A stretch of DNA of 64,000 nucleotides from contig CM061253.1 in assembly GCA_022605425.2 (NCBI GenBank), forward strand, positions 248,001-312,000, read 5' to 3'. The translations under genes were made by a program, and so were the position numbers. The DNA comes from Hamiltosporidium tvaerminnensis FI-OER-3-3. Lineage: Eukaryota; Fungi; Microsporidia. Positions 27,100 to 41,394 of this stretch are shown here, piece by piece. The notes below the pieces were generated by a model. The model was not told the DNA's origin. It did no database searches and was given only the letters and a program-made list of their open reading frames with translations. Every line of letters starts with the position of its first letter. Position 1 is the stretch's first letter.

Positions 27100-28700
27100 A
27101 ATCTTTTTCTGAACCTCTAATTTTTTCTTGCATATGAAAAGAATCTTTATTGAAAATTACACTTTCGATTGACAAACAATGAGGGCCTTTTCATTTTATT
27201 TACTTTTTATCACTAGATATTCCCTTCTGAACTTTTCGATTGAGGAACAGAAATATACAGCACTTAAGATCCGAATAGGTGTGACGATTCCTCATGTTTT
27301 ATTTAAATTATCGATCTGGTTTAGAAATGTTATTCTTAGTTAAGTTCATGACTTTATCTCGGGATCATTAATAGTAGATAATATAAGATCCAAGGTCTTT
27401 CGTCTAACCTTCACTTTTTGACATTATATATATTTTAGTTGTCGGCAAGATTATAATATTTGACTATAGGTAATTGGTGTGTCAAAAGTTTCGCACAAGG
27501 CTTATTTTCAACGCGTGTTTTGGTCTGTTTTGAAATTAAGTTACTTAATACGCAAAAAATTTACTTTTTTATAGATTGCTCCAAGCGATACAATGTTGGT
27601 ATAATTCGCTCGAAACTCGCAATACGTTAATATATAAATAAACAAGGCATATAAATTGAACAGGAAGGAATATAATCAGATCCGAAAACTTCATCTCAAG
27701 ATGTATTTTTCGAAGATAAAGGACTAAAAAAATCATTTGAAAACTAGTATTTCTTAAAACATAATTATTGAATTTTTTTAAATACATTATATGTATATTT
27801 TTCTTTTCTGGTTCCGCATATCCCCGGGTCTTTTATATAAAGACGTTTTACAAAATCTTTTCAACCTGCTAAAAGCAATTGCGACGGTATTCTATAAGGG
27901 TATAAAATAACAGAATCCGTTTGCATCTTTCGATATTTATTTTTAGAGACAACTTGCTAACTGACAAATGGTTTTGTTCATGCTGTTCTTTTGCTCATGA
28001 TAATACTCGGACTTAATCAAGAATCTAATGAAATAATGTTTGTATATTTTCTAAGAAGCTAGACGATTTTTGAAAGTATCTTACCTCCAAAATAAGATAA
28101 TATGATGTTCTTACCTCTTCTTAACCTTTCCAAACATTCCCACGCGTATTAACTTACAAGATTCTGAAAAATATGCTTGTTTCGGTTCGATCGCGCCGAA
28201 AAACCAAATAAGAAGCACTTTAAATAAATTTCTTGCGAATCGAAATGAGTTTTAGATATTTTGGTTTATATAACCTCCAAAGTACACGCCGTTTTTACCC
28301 GACATTATTACAGCTTGGTTTTAATTGTTTAGATCTGCGTTATATATATAATTTTTTTGGGCAAGGCTGGTTTTCTTGGTGAGCTAACAGTCGACTTTTT
28401 GATTTGAAATCGCTTTCAAGCACTATTTTTTTTCATCCGTATTATATAACGAATTTGACCAATTAAAACACCAAAAATCTTCCTCTTGTGCCAAGTTTGA
28501 TCCTCAGAAAGCTAGAAAAAGCAGCTTGCTTATAAGGAAAAATATTGCTTAAATAAAATTTTGCAGTTTTGCAAATAGTTAAAAAGTAAATTATTTTTTT
28601 ATTTTACGTGTAGAACTGTTCGTGTAAGAAAAAACCTAATATGAATCTAGCCTTTTCGGTATTGGTGATGGCAGATGTGAACCCTGAAATAAAGCAGCAG
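27100..28700. repeat. Decayed duplicated segment homologous to 8000-9400
   Basis: Same collinear patches as listed for 8000-9400. Confidence 0.5.
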
Positions 28701-31700
28701 GGAAAAAAAGCGAGGAATTCTAATCGTGCGAGCTATTACTTAAACTAAAATTAAATTAAAAATAAATGAACTTAGATTGGTTTGGGCAAGAGAAGGCATT
28801 ATCTAACTAACATCAAAATAATGTCTTTTAAAGCATAAAGGTCGCAAAAAATCAAATAGAAAAAAACAAGGTAAAGAGCAAAGTTTCGCTTTCTATTATG
28901 TAATATTTTTTAATTTAAAAGTACGCTTATCATCAAAAATCATTATAGGAAAGGAAAAAAGGAATTAAAATGATTTAGTATTTAAAAAAACATAAATTTC
29001 TACCAATTAATGTTCTTATGCCGCTTATAAATATGTTTTAAAGTTAAATTTTCATACTATTGGCATTTCTTTCTGCTTGATATTTTTATGACTAATTAAA
29101 AACAAAAACTTGGTATTCAGCAATAAAAACGACAACAAAATTTCAATGATTGATGTATTTAAAGACGTAAACGCAAAATAAACTTTTATAAAGTAATATA
29201 TGTATATTTTTACACTAAAAAATGCCATACTACAAGGAATCTCTTGTGTGAGCTTCTAAAGAAGATCTTTCAAAGAATGCAATAAAAATGTTATAAGAAA
29301 AGCAGTCCTATCACTTAAAATTTTTTCCACCGTGGATGTTCAAGCCCGATTGAGTTCAAAATATAATCAGACTGTCTAACTCATGCGATTTTAACTATAT
29401 AGATGAATTCTTTGTTGAATTGTTAATTTTAGAAATCAGAAGTTGATCCAATTTGAAGTTTTATTTGTGTATAATAAAAACTATTGTATTATTCATTTGG
29501 ATCTTAATTTCGGTGAAAAGGGATTAGTGTAAAATTTTTGAAAAATTCTCATTCTTAAAATGACTTTTAAAATCATAAACAAGGATTTTTTAATTCAAGA
29601 TACTATAGAAAATGGTCGCAATAAAAGTCAAATATTTCTTAAAAAAAAGTTTGATTTGCTTTTTCGGGTATAGAAAGTTTTTGAAACTATGGAACTATTT
29701 AAAGAGAATTCTACAAATTTAATCTTTTTATATTCATTATTAACAGACTTACAATAAAATAGCAGCGGTTTTCCTGATAATACGATGTTATGAATATCAT
29801 CTTTAGGATCATAGGAAAATATGTTTATTTATCTAAAAAAGCAAAATAATTAAATGACTTCCAAAAATGCTTTTTAGTGTAAATCTATTTTATATTCAGC
29901 TATCTTAATCTTATTTTTATTCTAAATGTCTAATATAACGGAAAGGGTAAATATACTCTTATAAACCGTATTATTAAAAAATACCTAAGATTTTTTAATA
30001 GAGGATTTCATGAATACGAAAATACAATAGTATAACAAGTACCCAATGCTATTAATAATTTTCAGTAGAAATTTTTTTCTAATATAAAACTTGCCTGATT
30101 GTAATAAAATTAAAGAAAAGATAGGAATATAAAAAGCTCATGAACAAAAAATTTAACTAATCTAGTTGATGAAATATAGATGCATGAAATTAAGTTTATA
30201 ACTTACACAACTTAGGATTTTACGGGCCAAATGGGAATTTTATAGTGAAAGCCGCGGCAAAAAAAAGAATCGGGGATCGGTTCGTAAGCTATGAAAAAAA
30301 GCAGAAACTTTTTTTTTCGTTACTGAATACGATATATCTGTATTTTCAAGAGAAATGAAGAGCAAATTATCAGAAAATATATTTTCAAATGCGTTTTACT
30401 TTTGTATAAATTTCATGTAAAACTCAAATAGTACAAGCGAAGCTTAGACAAGGTCCGAGATGTTTTTCTAATTAACTTTTTATAGTTAGAATATGTGGAA
30501 AAGACCAAAATTCATCTATAAATGTGTTTTTGCATGTTGTAAGAAGAACATATTCGTATAAAAGGATAATAAAATAAAATAGAAACCAGTACAGAGAAAA
30601 CGCAAAATATTCATAGGAATATAGGATTTACTTGGGATTAGTAGGAGTTGATTTTTTAGTAAATAATTATTACGTATGCATCTGTAAAACGTTTTACTTA
30701 GCTATATTTACATAGTCCGTTTTGTTCTGAACGGACTTATAGCCTCATAGTCTAGTAAGACAAGAATTATATCTCTAGGTATATATTATCGATTTCATGA
30801 CTGGATGCTTATTTAAATCTCTATAAAATGTGATTTACCAACAATATTTGAACCTAATTCTTTATTTATTGAATTTGCACAAAGAAACAACAAAAAACAT
30901 GGGAATAAATTTCATACAAAATATCTACATAAGAGGAATATTAACTGCAATACTGATAACCTGAAAATTTTTTCTTGTTATGATAAAAATACATTCAAAT
31001 CAAATTAATAGATATTCAATGTATTTAGCATAACTACAAATTTTTATTTTTTACATAATTAGGTGTTCTACAGGATAGAGGATTATAAAAATTTATAAAC
31101 ACTATGTTTAATCGATGCATGATATAATGCTTACTTGTATTTTTTTGATATTTGCCCTCTACTTTATATTTCTCAATCGCATATTCAATTAAAATTTCCG
31201 AAAATGTAAAAAATCATTTGACATAAGTAGGGTGCTTTCATTCATTTAAAGATGCACTTCATATTTTTTTAAATTTTAGACTATATGAGGACTATCTGTT
31301 TACAAATAATACAATATTTACCAAACAACAAAATATTAAATTAAAGACTGTTGGTATAAACACAAATTTGAATAAATAATATGTAAAGGTGTGACCTATT
31401 TCATAGGCTGAATCTTTCGATTCTAGTACAGTTAACTATGATCTAGTAAGTTATGTGCGTGTGAATTACTGATCTATAAAACAGACATTTACCCAGGAAA
31501 AGATCTTCGAAATATGTTTTGATGCAATTATCGAAGATTAATATCAAATCATGTGTATAGGAAGAATAGTTCGGACAAAGAAGAACAATAAGTGTCTACA
31601 AGAAACTGGCATCAATCTATAATTTGAAATAAATATGTTCCCTACTTGTTTTAGTTAAAAAAATCTTTTTTTTATAAAATTTGAGTCTCTTGTAGCAAAA

Positions 31701-32924
31701 GTTAGCATTTTTCTTTTTTTTCATGTTTTAGAGAAATAGTGAGAAAATAAGGAACAGAGTAGAGTGTCATAAAATATTTAAAAAAGAAATTTTAATTTAT
31801 TTAAATTCAGCAAAGCAAATATGGTAAAAGTACTTCAAATAAGCAAAATTTTGTTGATTCTTTAAGTTGAATCTACAAATATTTCTGAGCACATAGGGTG
31901 ATTTTTCAAACATTTATAATTAAATTTATATTAAAAAATTAATATTGTGGTTTTCTGAGATTTTTATCAAAAAGTTTTCGGTTCCAAATAAGAGAAAAAT
32001 TCATTGATAAATTTTTTAAAGTAAAAGAATTATGAAAGTAAGAAAAATAACATAAAATTTTTAATGATATAAATAATTTGAGAACAATTATAGTTAATAG
32101 TTGTAAGTATTGGTATATTTTTACTTTTTGCTAACCTTTCATGTTGTTTTTCCTTAATTTTTCTTTAAATAATTTCTTCTTTATCATTTGTTAAATAAAG
32201 ATCTTTAAGATCATTTTTGAATCGGATTTTTAAATTTAACTTTGGTTTTCTACATCCATTTTTTGTTATGGCTTATTTATTCCTACTAGCTCCGTATTTC
32301 TGCTTCTTAGAAATATTGCAAAAATTTGTATATAGTCGCTTTTATAATCTTCTAAGTCAAATATAAAAACAAGATTTTTTTACCTTTATTTTAGCTTATA
32401 TCAATATTTAAAAATTTTGGGTTTTTTGATGAAGCGAATTAAAATGAATTTTTGATCAAAAAAGCCTACTTTGCTTGTTGTAATAAGTTGATTCAATAGT
32501 TTTAAATGACAATCGTTATTAGTTTCTTTATTTTTACATATCAAGATTAGACAAATATTTTTTTTATACATAATGTAGGATTTTATGATTTTCATAAAAA
32601 TATTTATTGTATCTTTTTTTCTACAATAAGAGATCAGACAAATAATTTTTTTATAAAGATTTTAAATTATTTGATTCTAAATAAAAATCTTAATTGTATC
32701 TTTATTCCGAATTTTTTATGTCTTTTGGTTATGTGGAAACGCGAATTCACTTACTCATTTTAAGAATTTCTTTATTTTGTTTTTTAGTAAATTTCCTACT
32801 TGGTTCTATTTGAATAATTCGTAGGAGTTTTTGCTGCCAAATCTATTCTTCGATCAAGTTTCTATAGAGCACATATTATTTCTTGTTAGTTCTTACTTAC
32901 TTTCTTACTTACATCTTTCTATCT

Positions 32925-33125
32925 TCTTTTACTTCTCGGTGTTAGGTCGAACAAATGAAATTTTCCATTTGTTTCTTTTAATCAGTATACCTCAGGATTA
33001 TAGGGGATTTGTCGATAGATTCAGCGTGGTTTGTATCCCTCAAAAATCTCAACAATGATTTTCAAACAATTCTAGTCACTCATTGCCAAAACAGATGGTT
33101 TTTAATGTGGTTATCCTCCCCCACC
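32925..33125 (-). mobile_element. LINE-like 3' fragment, subfamily B
   Basis: Clear homology to 41567-41762 (atttgtttcttttaatc...tcattgccaa..cagat.gtttttaatg..ttatcctc). Minus strand ends aac acc gag aag TAA followed by a gtaagtaagaaagtaagtaa simple-repeat tail. Confidence 0.6.
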
Positions 33126-36100
33126 ATCCTGCTTTTCTAAGGTTAATCAATCTTCTCTTTCTAACAATATTTTGAATCATTTTTACAGAAAAACCTATTC
33201 TTAATCTATAAAAACTTCAGAATCCTCTCCGAGCGTTTCATAAATTCGGACTTTTATCTTATCTTTTCTTTACATACTTGTGATCTTAGATGTAAATCAA
33301 TAAATTCAATTAATATAGTGGGTATTTTCAAAACACTAACTTGGGATCTAAGTTTTTTTTTGAAAGTCCTAAATATCTCAAAAATCAAATAAGACAAAAC
33401 TCGATAATTTTAGATTTAAATTTTGAACTGCTTTAAAAATTTCTATGTATATTCAAGCAAGGCATTATTAAAGACTTCTTTTGAAATTTTAAAAGCAATA
33501 CTGTTTTAAAAATATTCTTTTAGTTGATTGCCACGATTTCTTGGTATTCATTAATAAAATATTGTGATTTTCTAAAATAAAAATTATGGTTTCGGTAAGA
33601 AGTTTTGGCTTTTTTATATTCTAATTAAAATTTATAGTATTAATAAGTTTGTTTTTTGTATTTTGTTTCAAAAATTCTATCGAACTTACACAACTATTTT
33701 TTTGTAAAATACTAAGATTGATTTTCGCGCATTGTTGCGATTTTCAAAGAAAATAAATTAAATGAACTAAAAATTAAGACCAACATATTTGATTTTTTTA
33801 ATTAAAATACTTTTTGTTTATCTATTGTGGGCATACGGATATACAATATTTTTTGATTTTTTTGTCCAGTGTGTATACGAATGATTCAGATGATGCTTCA
33901 TCGTTGCGAGACTACCACGTAAGGTTACTTGCATGCGAAACAAGCTTATTCTAAATCTTAGCTACAAAGCAGCAGCGATATTTTAGTGGTCTGTATATTG
34001 AAATCGTGCGAAAACTATTCACTAGGCACTATAATCGTTTTCATTCAAATAGCTAATCTTTCAGAATTATGGGAATGCATGCTAACACCAATTTTTACCA
34101 AAGAATTTTCTATTTCAGAATGTTGTTCATATGTCATTTTTCATAAGTTTTTTTACCTAAAGTCTTTTGCCATCACAAAGTTGTTACGAATTTATTTTTC
34201 AGGCAAAAATGATGAGTACGTCACTTTAAAAGAAAAAATTGCAGTGGAATAACCGGAATTCCTTTAATTTAAGAGTTATATAGCAATTCAAAACGTATTC
34301 TATATTAATAATGTAATCGATAGACTTAAGAGCTGTCTCTTTTCCTTAAATTCCCTGTTAAATTTTTGATTCTTTGCGTTCTTCTATATCTCTGTTTGCT
34401 GGTAATATACTCATCCTCGGCGTTACTGATGATTACTGTAATTTACAGTAATTTTTGTGAAACTTTTTTGTACTACTTCGCCTTTGACTGCTGTAATCCA
34501 ACTAAATTTTGTAAAAAATAAAATAAATTAAGTATATTTGTGATTTCCATTTCCCAATTAAAATATTTATAAAATTTTTGACAAAATTTTGGCGCATGCG
34601 GCATCTTATATGAACACCAAACTGGGTTTCTACTCAAATTTTTTTCAATTTTCTCAATAAAGCTGATTATATAAGAGTTTATTAAGTATATTAACTGGTG
34701 TTATAGGTAAAATCTAACAGAGTTTGAGAAGAAAAACAGTTTTATTTCAGAAAGACTGTCGTTTAGTCTCAGCTCTTAAGTTTAAAATCTAGTAAATCTA
34801 ATCCTATCTATATACCGGATTTTATTTATTCTTTATAAAGTTGAAATATTTCACGAGGTTAGCATAACTGCAATTTTGGTAACATTAGATGTCTTGTTCA
34901 CAGAGCTTGCAAGTAAAATGCAATTTTAGAGACAAAAGTGCTGTTTATCGATGTTTTAAAAAGTTTGACCGAATTTTAGTACATGCAATTACCAGTGTGT
35001 TTATAGTTCGTAAACTTCCTCTGCATCCAGATGTAAAATTCGTCACTTTCTTTTTAATTTTCAGATTTTTAGTTTATACACTTCAATGCTTATACCTGAT
35101 TTTAAAAGATAAAATTAAAATGTACTTCAGGTTATGTAGATTAAATCGCGTTTTCCTTTTTCCTTCTAAAAATAGCACCATTTGCTTAATAATTGGTCAC
35201 TTAAGTGCTAAAATGTTTTAAGTATTCATTGGAAACATCTAAAGGTCTATTTTAAATTGAATCCAACACCGGATTGTATTAGTTTTGTGCATATGCGCCA
35301 ATCAGATTTCATTTGCGCAAAAACATAGATTAATTTAACTAATGTAATATTATATCTTCTAAAGATTTTTTCGATCGACTCGGAGCCATAATATCGTTAT
35401 TATGGCAAATTATTCGCATTTTTGTGCTCTATAAGCAATATGTGATACATCAGTGGAGGCCTTGTTCAATATAGGCGTCGTTATTTATAACATTCTATTT
35501 TTTCAAAGCCGTTTGAACGGTCGCACATACCATACCCCTTTCAATTCTAAGTTATCCACAGGATTGTGGTCTACTTCAGTAAACCCACTACCAGAATCGC
35601 TTGTAAAAACAAGCTTTTTTTGTTTTAAATGACTTATGCTGCCCGCCAACTGTTAAAAAATATATATTCGAATGTTTTTCTTCTTTTATACCTTTATTAC
35701 ATTTAAATTTTTATGATTGTGCTTTCGCCGTGTAGTATTTTATAACTTCTAAGTAGATAGCGTTCTTACAGACAATCCTCGTTACAAAATTAGAAAAACG
35801 CTATTATCTTCTTTTCCGTAGCAAAAATTTTTTTACCTCTAAATTTTACTTAGTAAAACATCTAGTGTTAATTTCAAAGATAAGAAAAAATAACACATTT
35901 TTTAGAATACCAGTATATCACTAAGAGCCAACTACTATTTTTACCAATAATTCCACTTCCACACTCTCCTTACCATTTACAACCTTTAACTTTCTCATTG
36001 TATTTTACTACCATTTAGCCTATTTCTCAATATAGTAACCCCTTAAAATCACCACACAATTATTTACAATATTAATAAAAATCCATGAATAAAAACTTTT

Positions 36101-36478
36101 AGTTAATATACCTTTATAAAGAAAATAATAATCTGATTTGACATTCGTAATCCACACACAAACGTAAATTCATTTTTTATAATAGATTTGAACTGTATAT
36201 GCATGCCGGCATATGTTTTGCAAAATTTAAATACTCTCAAAGACTTTCCTTTTCTATTATATTCAAAATAATCATAAAAAAGTATATTCTATTTCTTTGA
36301 TTTTACATCTCTCTAAATTTTTTTGCTCTAAACCAGATCATAGTGTTTATATTGCTCAAAGTGAGATGAAAAAACAATCCTTCTTGTAATAAAAAAGCTA
36401 TTAAGAGTAACTTGCTCAATTTATTGTACTAAAAAACTTTATATGAAGTGACATAGGCATATTGGTGAGCAAATCGCT

Positions 36479-36721
36479 GGTTGATCATCATTATCCTAGG
36501 CACCACAGCCCTGCACCAGCCATGGCTGCCCTCAGTAATATCGCCCGCCGATCTTTTTCCGGTGAGTATATTTACCTTTATGGGTTTCGTTTCATACGAG
36601 ATGGTTTTAAAAGGGTGGGTTTTGAGGCCTAACTTAACTCCAACCCGAAGGACCAGTCCAGTCGCCTCTTACGACAAGCAGAGAATACTCCAAACTAATT
36701 TTACTCCCGGCATAGTGATAA
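36479..36721 (-). mobile_element. RTE-derived SINE-like element, copy C
   Basis: Core gtcgcctcttacgacaagcagagaatactccaaactaatt is nearly identical to the reverse complement of copy B. 3' end gggctgtggtgcctaggataatgatgat. Flanking direct repeat AAATCGCT at 36471-36478 and 36722-36729. Confidence 0.85.
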
Positions 36722-39030
36722 AAATCGCTATTCAATGCCTAATTTTAACTTTTTTGGTTTTTAATTTTCATAAAAGAATTTATCTTTTTTATGAAGTTTA
36801 ATAGTACATATTTTGTGATAATCCAGGTGGTAAAATACGATTAAAATGAGCAAAACTTGCCTTCGTGGTGCTTCATCTAAAAAAAATATCGAAATCATGA
36901 GTTAGATTAAAAACCAAATTTGAATAAGAGCTATCAGAGAAGTTCAAATTTCTGCTTAAGTTTGATCAAATATTTATATGCAATTTTTAGACTAATCAAA
37001 ATATGTTAATTATTATATTATTTAAGAATAACTGTTTAGTCAAATAGTCTTTCAAAGACATTTTTTCGCCTGGGATCTTTACATATTCGAGACTAATATT
37101 TCTCTTATATTTCCAACTAACTTCATTTTTTAGTTCAAAAATTTATAAGTGTCCTTTCAAAACAACTTTGTTTTTTATGAAACATAAAGTGTTAATAATT
37201 TGGAAATTATAAGCTCATTTGCATATAATTCAGTTTTAAATCTCTTGAGTTTAAATCTTACAGGATTACATTTTTTTCGTTTGTATTTATAAGATTACAT
37301 TCCCAAAGCATATTTGCGCTTAATTTGCTGCATGGTTATTGTAAGTGTGTTTATATTTCATAGGATCATTTTTTTTATTAAAAACTTCTCTTTGTTTTCA
37401 TAAGTGGTTGGAAATGTACATATCAAATTACCTCACGTTCTTTTATTATTTTCTTAGAAGAAAAGTAACATACACGTTGATGTAGTAAATTAGGCTATGC
37501 TTTTTTTTTTGTTTTGGATGTTTTTGTAGGAGTTTTACATATATTACTCGATCTACGTTTCTTATCATATTTTTTTAAATTTAGTCAAATGCTGATTGTT
37601 TTCATTGTTTTTACGCGATTATGTAAATGAATCTAGTTTTTTTAAATTTTGATTTATAATCTTTTTTACTGTCATATTTTAAAAATTTTTACACGATTAA
37701 TTCTGGTTCTGCCTTTTAGATTTTTAAAACTACCTCATAGTTTGCTTCGAGTCAAATGATACGATATAAATATGTTGGAGATTCATATATTGAATGTTTT
37801 TCAGAGAATTTCTCAATTAAGAATGATATAAGGCGACAACTCTTGGTTATATGTCTTCGATTTTGGTGTCTGACATAAGTCTTGGGTCTAATACCTGATT
37901 ATTGATTCGATTAAATAACTGTGATGTGAAAAATTACATAAAAATTATGTTCTTGTAACATAGCTTATATGCCTTTCAGAATAAAACAAAACTGTTTTTA
38001 TTTTTATTGAGCTTTTTGTAATTACCGGTAATATTATCAGGTCTTGCGATCTTCGATTGACACTTTTGCTAATCTACCATTCAAACCTTTTTTTGTTATG
38101 TTTATTGAGTTACATTTTGGTTTCTGAATTAAATCAGGTAAATCTTGATTGTTTTTTCCCGCATATATTTTCAAAAAAAGTAAAGTGTTTAAGCTACTAA
38201 ATTTACATCTTAAAGGTTTTTCTGTTATGCTGCAATCCTTCTTTAGGGCGTCTAGCGGTACCTTAGATGATTTTCTGGTCAAGAATGGGTTTTCAAACTC
38301 GTTAGTAGTTATATTTAGGAGATAAAAGCAATTATCAACACCTTTTGAATAAAATAATTCTTTCTATATTTTTTGTAGCACCGAAAGGCTACTTTTTATT
38401 TCAAAAAACAGGATTAATTTGCATTGAAGTCATTATTTAACAGGAAGCACAATCATAAATTCTATTTTTTTATTTTCTTTATTTTTCTTCCTAATTTCTG
38501 TATATTTTGTCGATTGCAATCCGTAGGTTGATAGCGCGAAGTATTTCTTGTTTCAATTCAAAGGTTTAAGTATTAGTAGAGATACTTAAAATCGTAGTAT
38601 CCAAAATTCTATTTTTATAATTTACAATAGTAATTCGATATTATGTGCTTATTAAGAACTTAATTACGTGGTAGAAATTTACTAAACTACAAAAATAAAT
38701 ATTTTATATTTGTGACTTAATGATAGGAATGAGTAAAATTTAAAACTAATAAATTAGTAAAAAGAAATCATTTCTGCATTCAGAAATAATCGCCCTTACT
38801 ATCCTTACAATTTAGTTTTAAATCATATATAGTGAAACCAATTTAAAAAAATTTAAAAGTTGTGGTTTTCTTTCTAAAATTCTTTATATTGTTTATATAA
38901 AAGAAGTTTTTTAAGAAATTTTTGTTAAAGAAATTTTAAAAAGATTGTATGAAGGAAAAAAATACTTTATAACTCAAATTTACACCAACCATTGAATTTT
39001 TCATAAAAAAATTGGAAAATGAAAAATCAT

Positions 39031-39780
39031 TTATTTTACTTCTTTTATTTTTTCATAAACCTTTTTAACTGTATCAGATGGTCCTTCTACCTTAATACCC
39101 ACAACTCTTTTGTCTACAAATATTTCATAGTCATTTCCACCCGGGTGTGTCATATCTCCAAAGAAATAAATATTTTTAATATTTTTTTTTTCCAGGTGTT
39201 GTATACAATAAGTCTTATCCCATCCTTTAGGAAAACAATCTATACTGATTTCTCCACCAATACTGAATTGTAAATTATACTTTCCAAATTCCTTTTGTAG
39301 TGCATCTACCATTTTCTGACGAACAAGATGTACATCATCAAATTTTTTAAATTCTTTCCGTTCTTCTTTTGAACAACTACGACCGATCGGACAGAGATTT
39401 ATCATTGAATTCCTATATTCTATAAAAGTACCTCTTTTAATTGGAATATCTATTTTACTAAAATAGGAAAGACAATAATTTACAAATTTTTTGTATAATT
39501 CTTCACCCAAAACGTCAATAATTTTAGTTTGTTCTACGAGATTTGTGCCTTCGTAGAAAGCCACACCGTTTTCTGGGAATCCAAAGTCAAATATCTTTAA
39601 ACAATCATCACCTACTTGTTCTATTTGTTTGTTTATATCAGAGCCGCCCACAAAGGCAATATACACTTTTGATTTTATATCTTTTAACATGTTTAGTACC
39701 TCGGGTGTGATTTTTTGGCGGGAAGGTGTCAATGTACCATCGACATCAAAAAGAAAACATGTTTTTGTATCGCGAGCCAT
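39031..39780 (-). CDS. SEC53: Phosphomannomutase (HAD superfamily, eukaryotic PMM)
   Basis: 249 aa with FDVDGTLT (HAD motif I), VGGSD, ENG, KRGTFIEYR..MINLCPIGR, FSIGGEISID.FP.GWDKTYC and FFGD...GGNDYEI. Confidence 0.98.
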   Translation of the reverse strand: MARDTKTCFLFDVDGTLTPSRQKITPEVLNMLKDIKSKVYIAFVGGSDINKQIEQVGDDCLKIFDFGFPENGVAFYEGTNLVEQTKIIDVLGEELYKKFVNYCLSYFSKIDIPIKRGTFIEYRNSMINLCPIGRSCSKEERKEFKKFDDVHLVRQKMVDALQKEFGKYNLQFSIGGEISIDCFPKGWDKTYCIQHLEKKNIKNIYFFGDMTHPGGNDYEIFVDKRVVGIKVEGPSDTVKKVYEKIKEVK

Positions 39781-39789
39781 ATAAATAAA

Positions 39790-39794
39790 GGGGG
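39790..39794 (-). promoter_or_regulatory. Microsporidian CCC start-proximal motif of PMM
   Basis: CCCCC followed by TTTATTTAT then the ATG on the minus strand, downstream of an AT-rich tract. Confidence 0.65.
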
Positions 39795-41394
39795 CAATGT
39801 TTATATACTTTAAAACAAAACTCTAGAATTTTATTGGTGCGATAAGCAAATGCAACAACCAATCATTTTTAGAAGATATTTCACTAGAATTAAGTAAAGA
39901 ATTAAGAATAATTCCATTTAAACCAGAATAGACACATTTCATTTCTTCAAAGAAAAAAATTAAATTCAAAATCAATTGCTTATGACAACTACGAATGAGC
40001 CAAAGATATTTCATATATGAAAAAGAGATTCTAGATCTACCAAGTTCATATATAGCAATTGAAAAAAGTAGAAAAATAGATTTAAAAATCGTTTGTTCAT
40101 TTTTGGTATTAGTTTATCAAAAGTAATTACTAGGTTTAAATATAGAAAATATTAAAAATAAAGAAATAGTCTATTATTACAAGAAAGTATAAATCAAACC
40201 AAAATGTATTTAGAAATATCTTTAATTTATAAATTTATTTTAAATAAAAACTCTTGAAAGAAATTTGTAATAATAGAAGTTTTTATACAATAAAAATTTA
40301 TATTTTTTATATTAATTACGTCTACTTTAAAATGAGAGAAAAAAAATTATTTGTAAGTTAATATTATACTACAAGACACAAGACTTAATTTACAAAAAAT
40401 ATAGTTTAAAATTCATATGACATTTATTTCTTATATTGTTTGATAAGAATATAATATACAGGGGCATATCGGTTTACTACCACTTCAAATTTAAGATTAA
40501 ATTTTCGAAACAAAGATATTTTTAAGATTTTTTTTACAGTTTAAAAATATAATTAAAATTATTTTTAGTTAGGTTGTTTCAATAATTCTATCAGTATAAA
40601 TTTAAATATAAAAATTCACCTTTTTTTCTTGGTTATTGTGTGTATATGAAATATTAATCGATAAAAATCTTTAGACTTTTAAGAAAGCATTTCACCTTCG
40701 AACTTTACAAAAAATTTATTCCAAAAAATTCAAATAAAAAAGTCATCTAATTATCCTTTAAAATTTAATTAAATTTGCTATTTTAAGGATTTCATTACCA
40801 AAATTAGATTCTGAGTAGTAAGTTTTTATTTATTTATAAAAATTCTTAGCTTTAAACTTCCTCTAATTGTTAAGGCTCTAAATATACTATTCTACTCACT
40901 TATAGTACGTATAGTTTAATTACTGAATACATTTTTCAAAAGATAGTAATTAATTAATTATAGATATTCTGTAAATTAGTTAAATAAATATACTTTAAAT
41001 TAATTACAATGTTAGTAATTAAATAATTATAGATATTATGTAAATTGGTAAAATAATTGTACTAATTACTTAATTACAATGTAATATGCTTCATTAAAAC
41101 TTTAAAGCTCAAATATCGGTAATTTAATACATACAATTTCTATATTAACTCTCTGTTTATTTTTTCATAGCCAGATTACAATTTCCAATAATAAAATTTG
41201 TAAAATCTATTATATTGATATTTATATATTGGTTTTGTTTGTTATATACACAGATATAAAGTAAAAAGAATTGTATTTATAGATATTCTAATATATAGGT
41301 AATAATTAATTCAAATGAAAATTAAATATGATAAGTCTTTATATTTAAAAGTAATAGGAGAAATGGGAAGTAAAGCTGAATATACCCATTATAC

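Noticed and set aside
11864-35221. Numerous 60-110 aa F/I/L/K-rich ORFs in the gene desert
   Set aside because: Composition is as expected for random AT-rich DNA, several use non-ATG starts, and none has a recognisable domain.
36481-36801. ORFs 36481-36801 and 56637-56870 sharing VASYDKQRI
   Set aside because: The shared peptide is the antisense reading of the SINE core, not a protein family.
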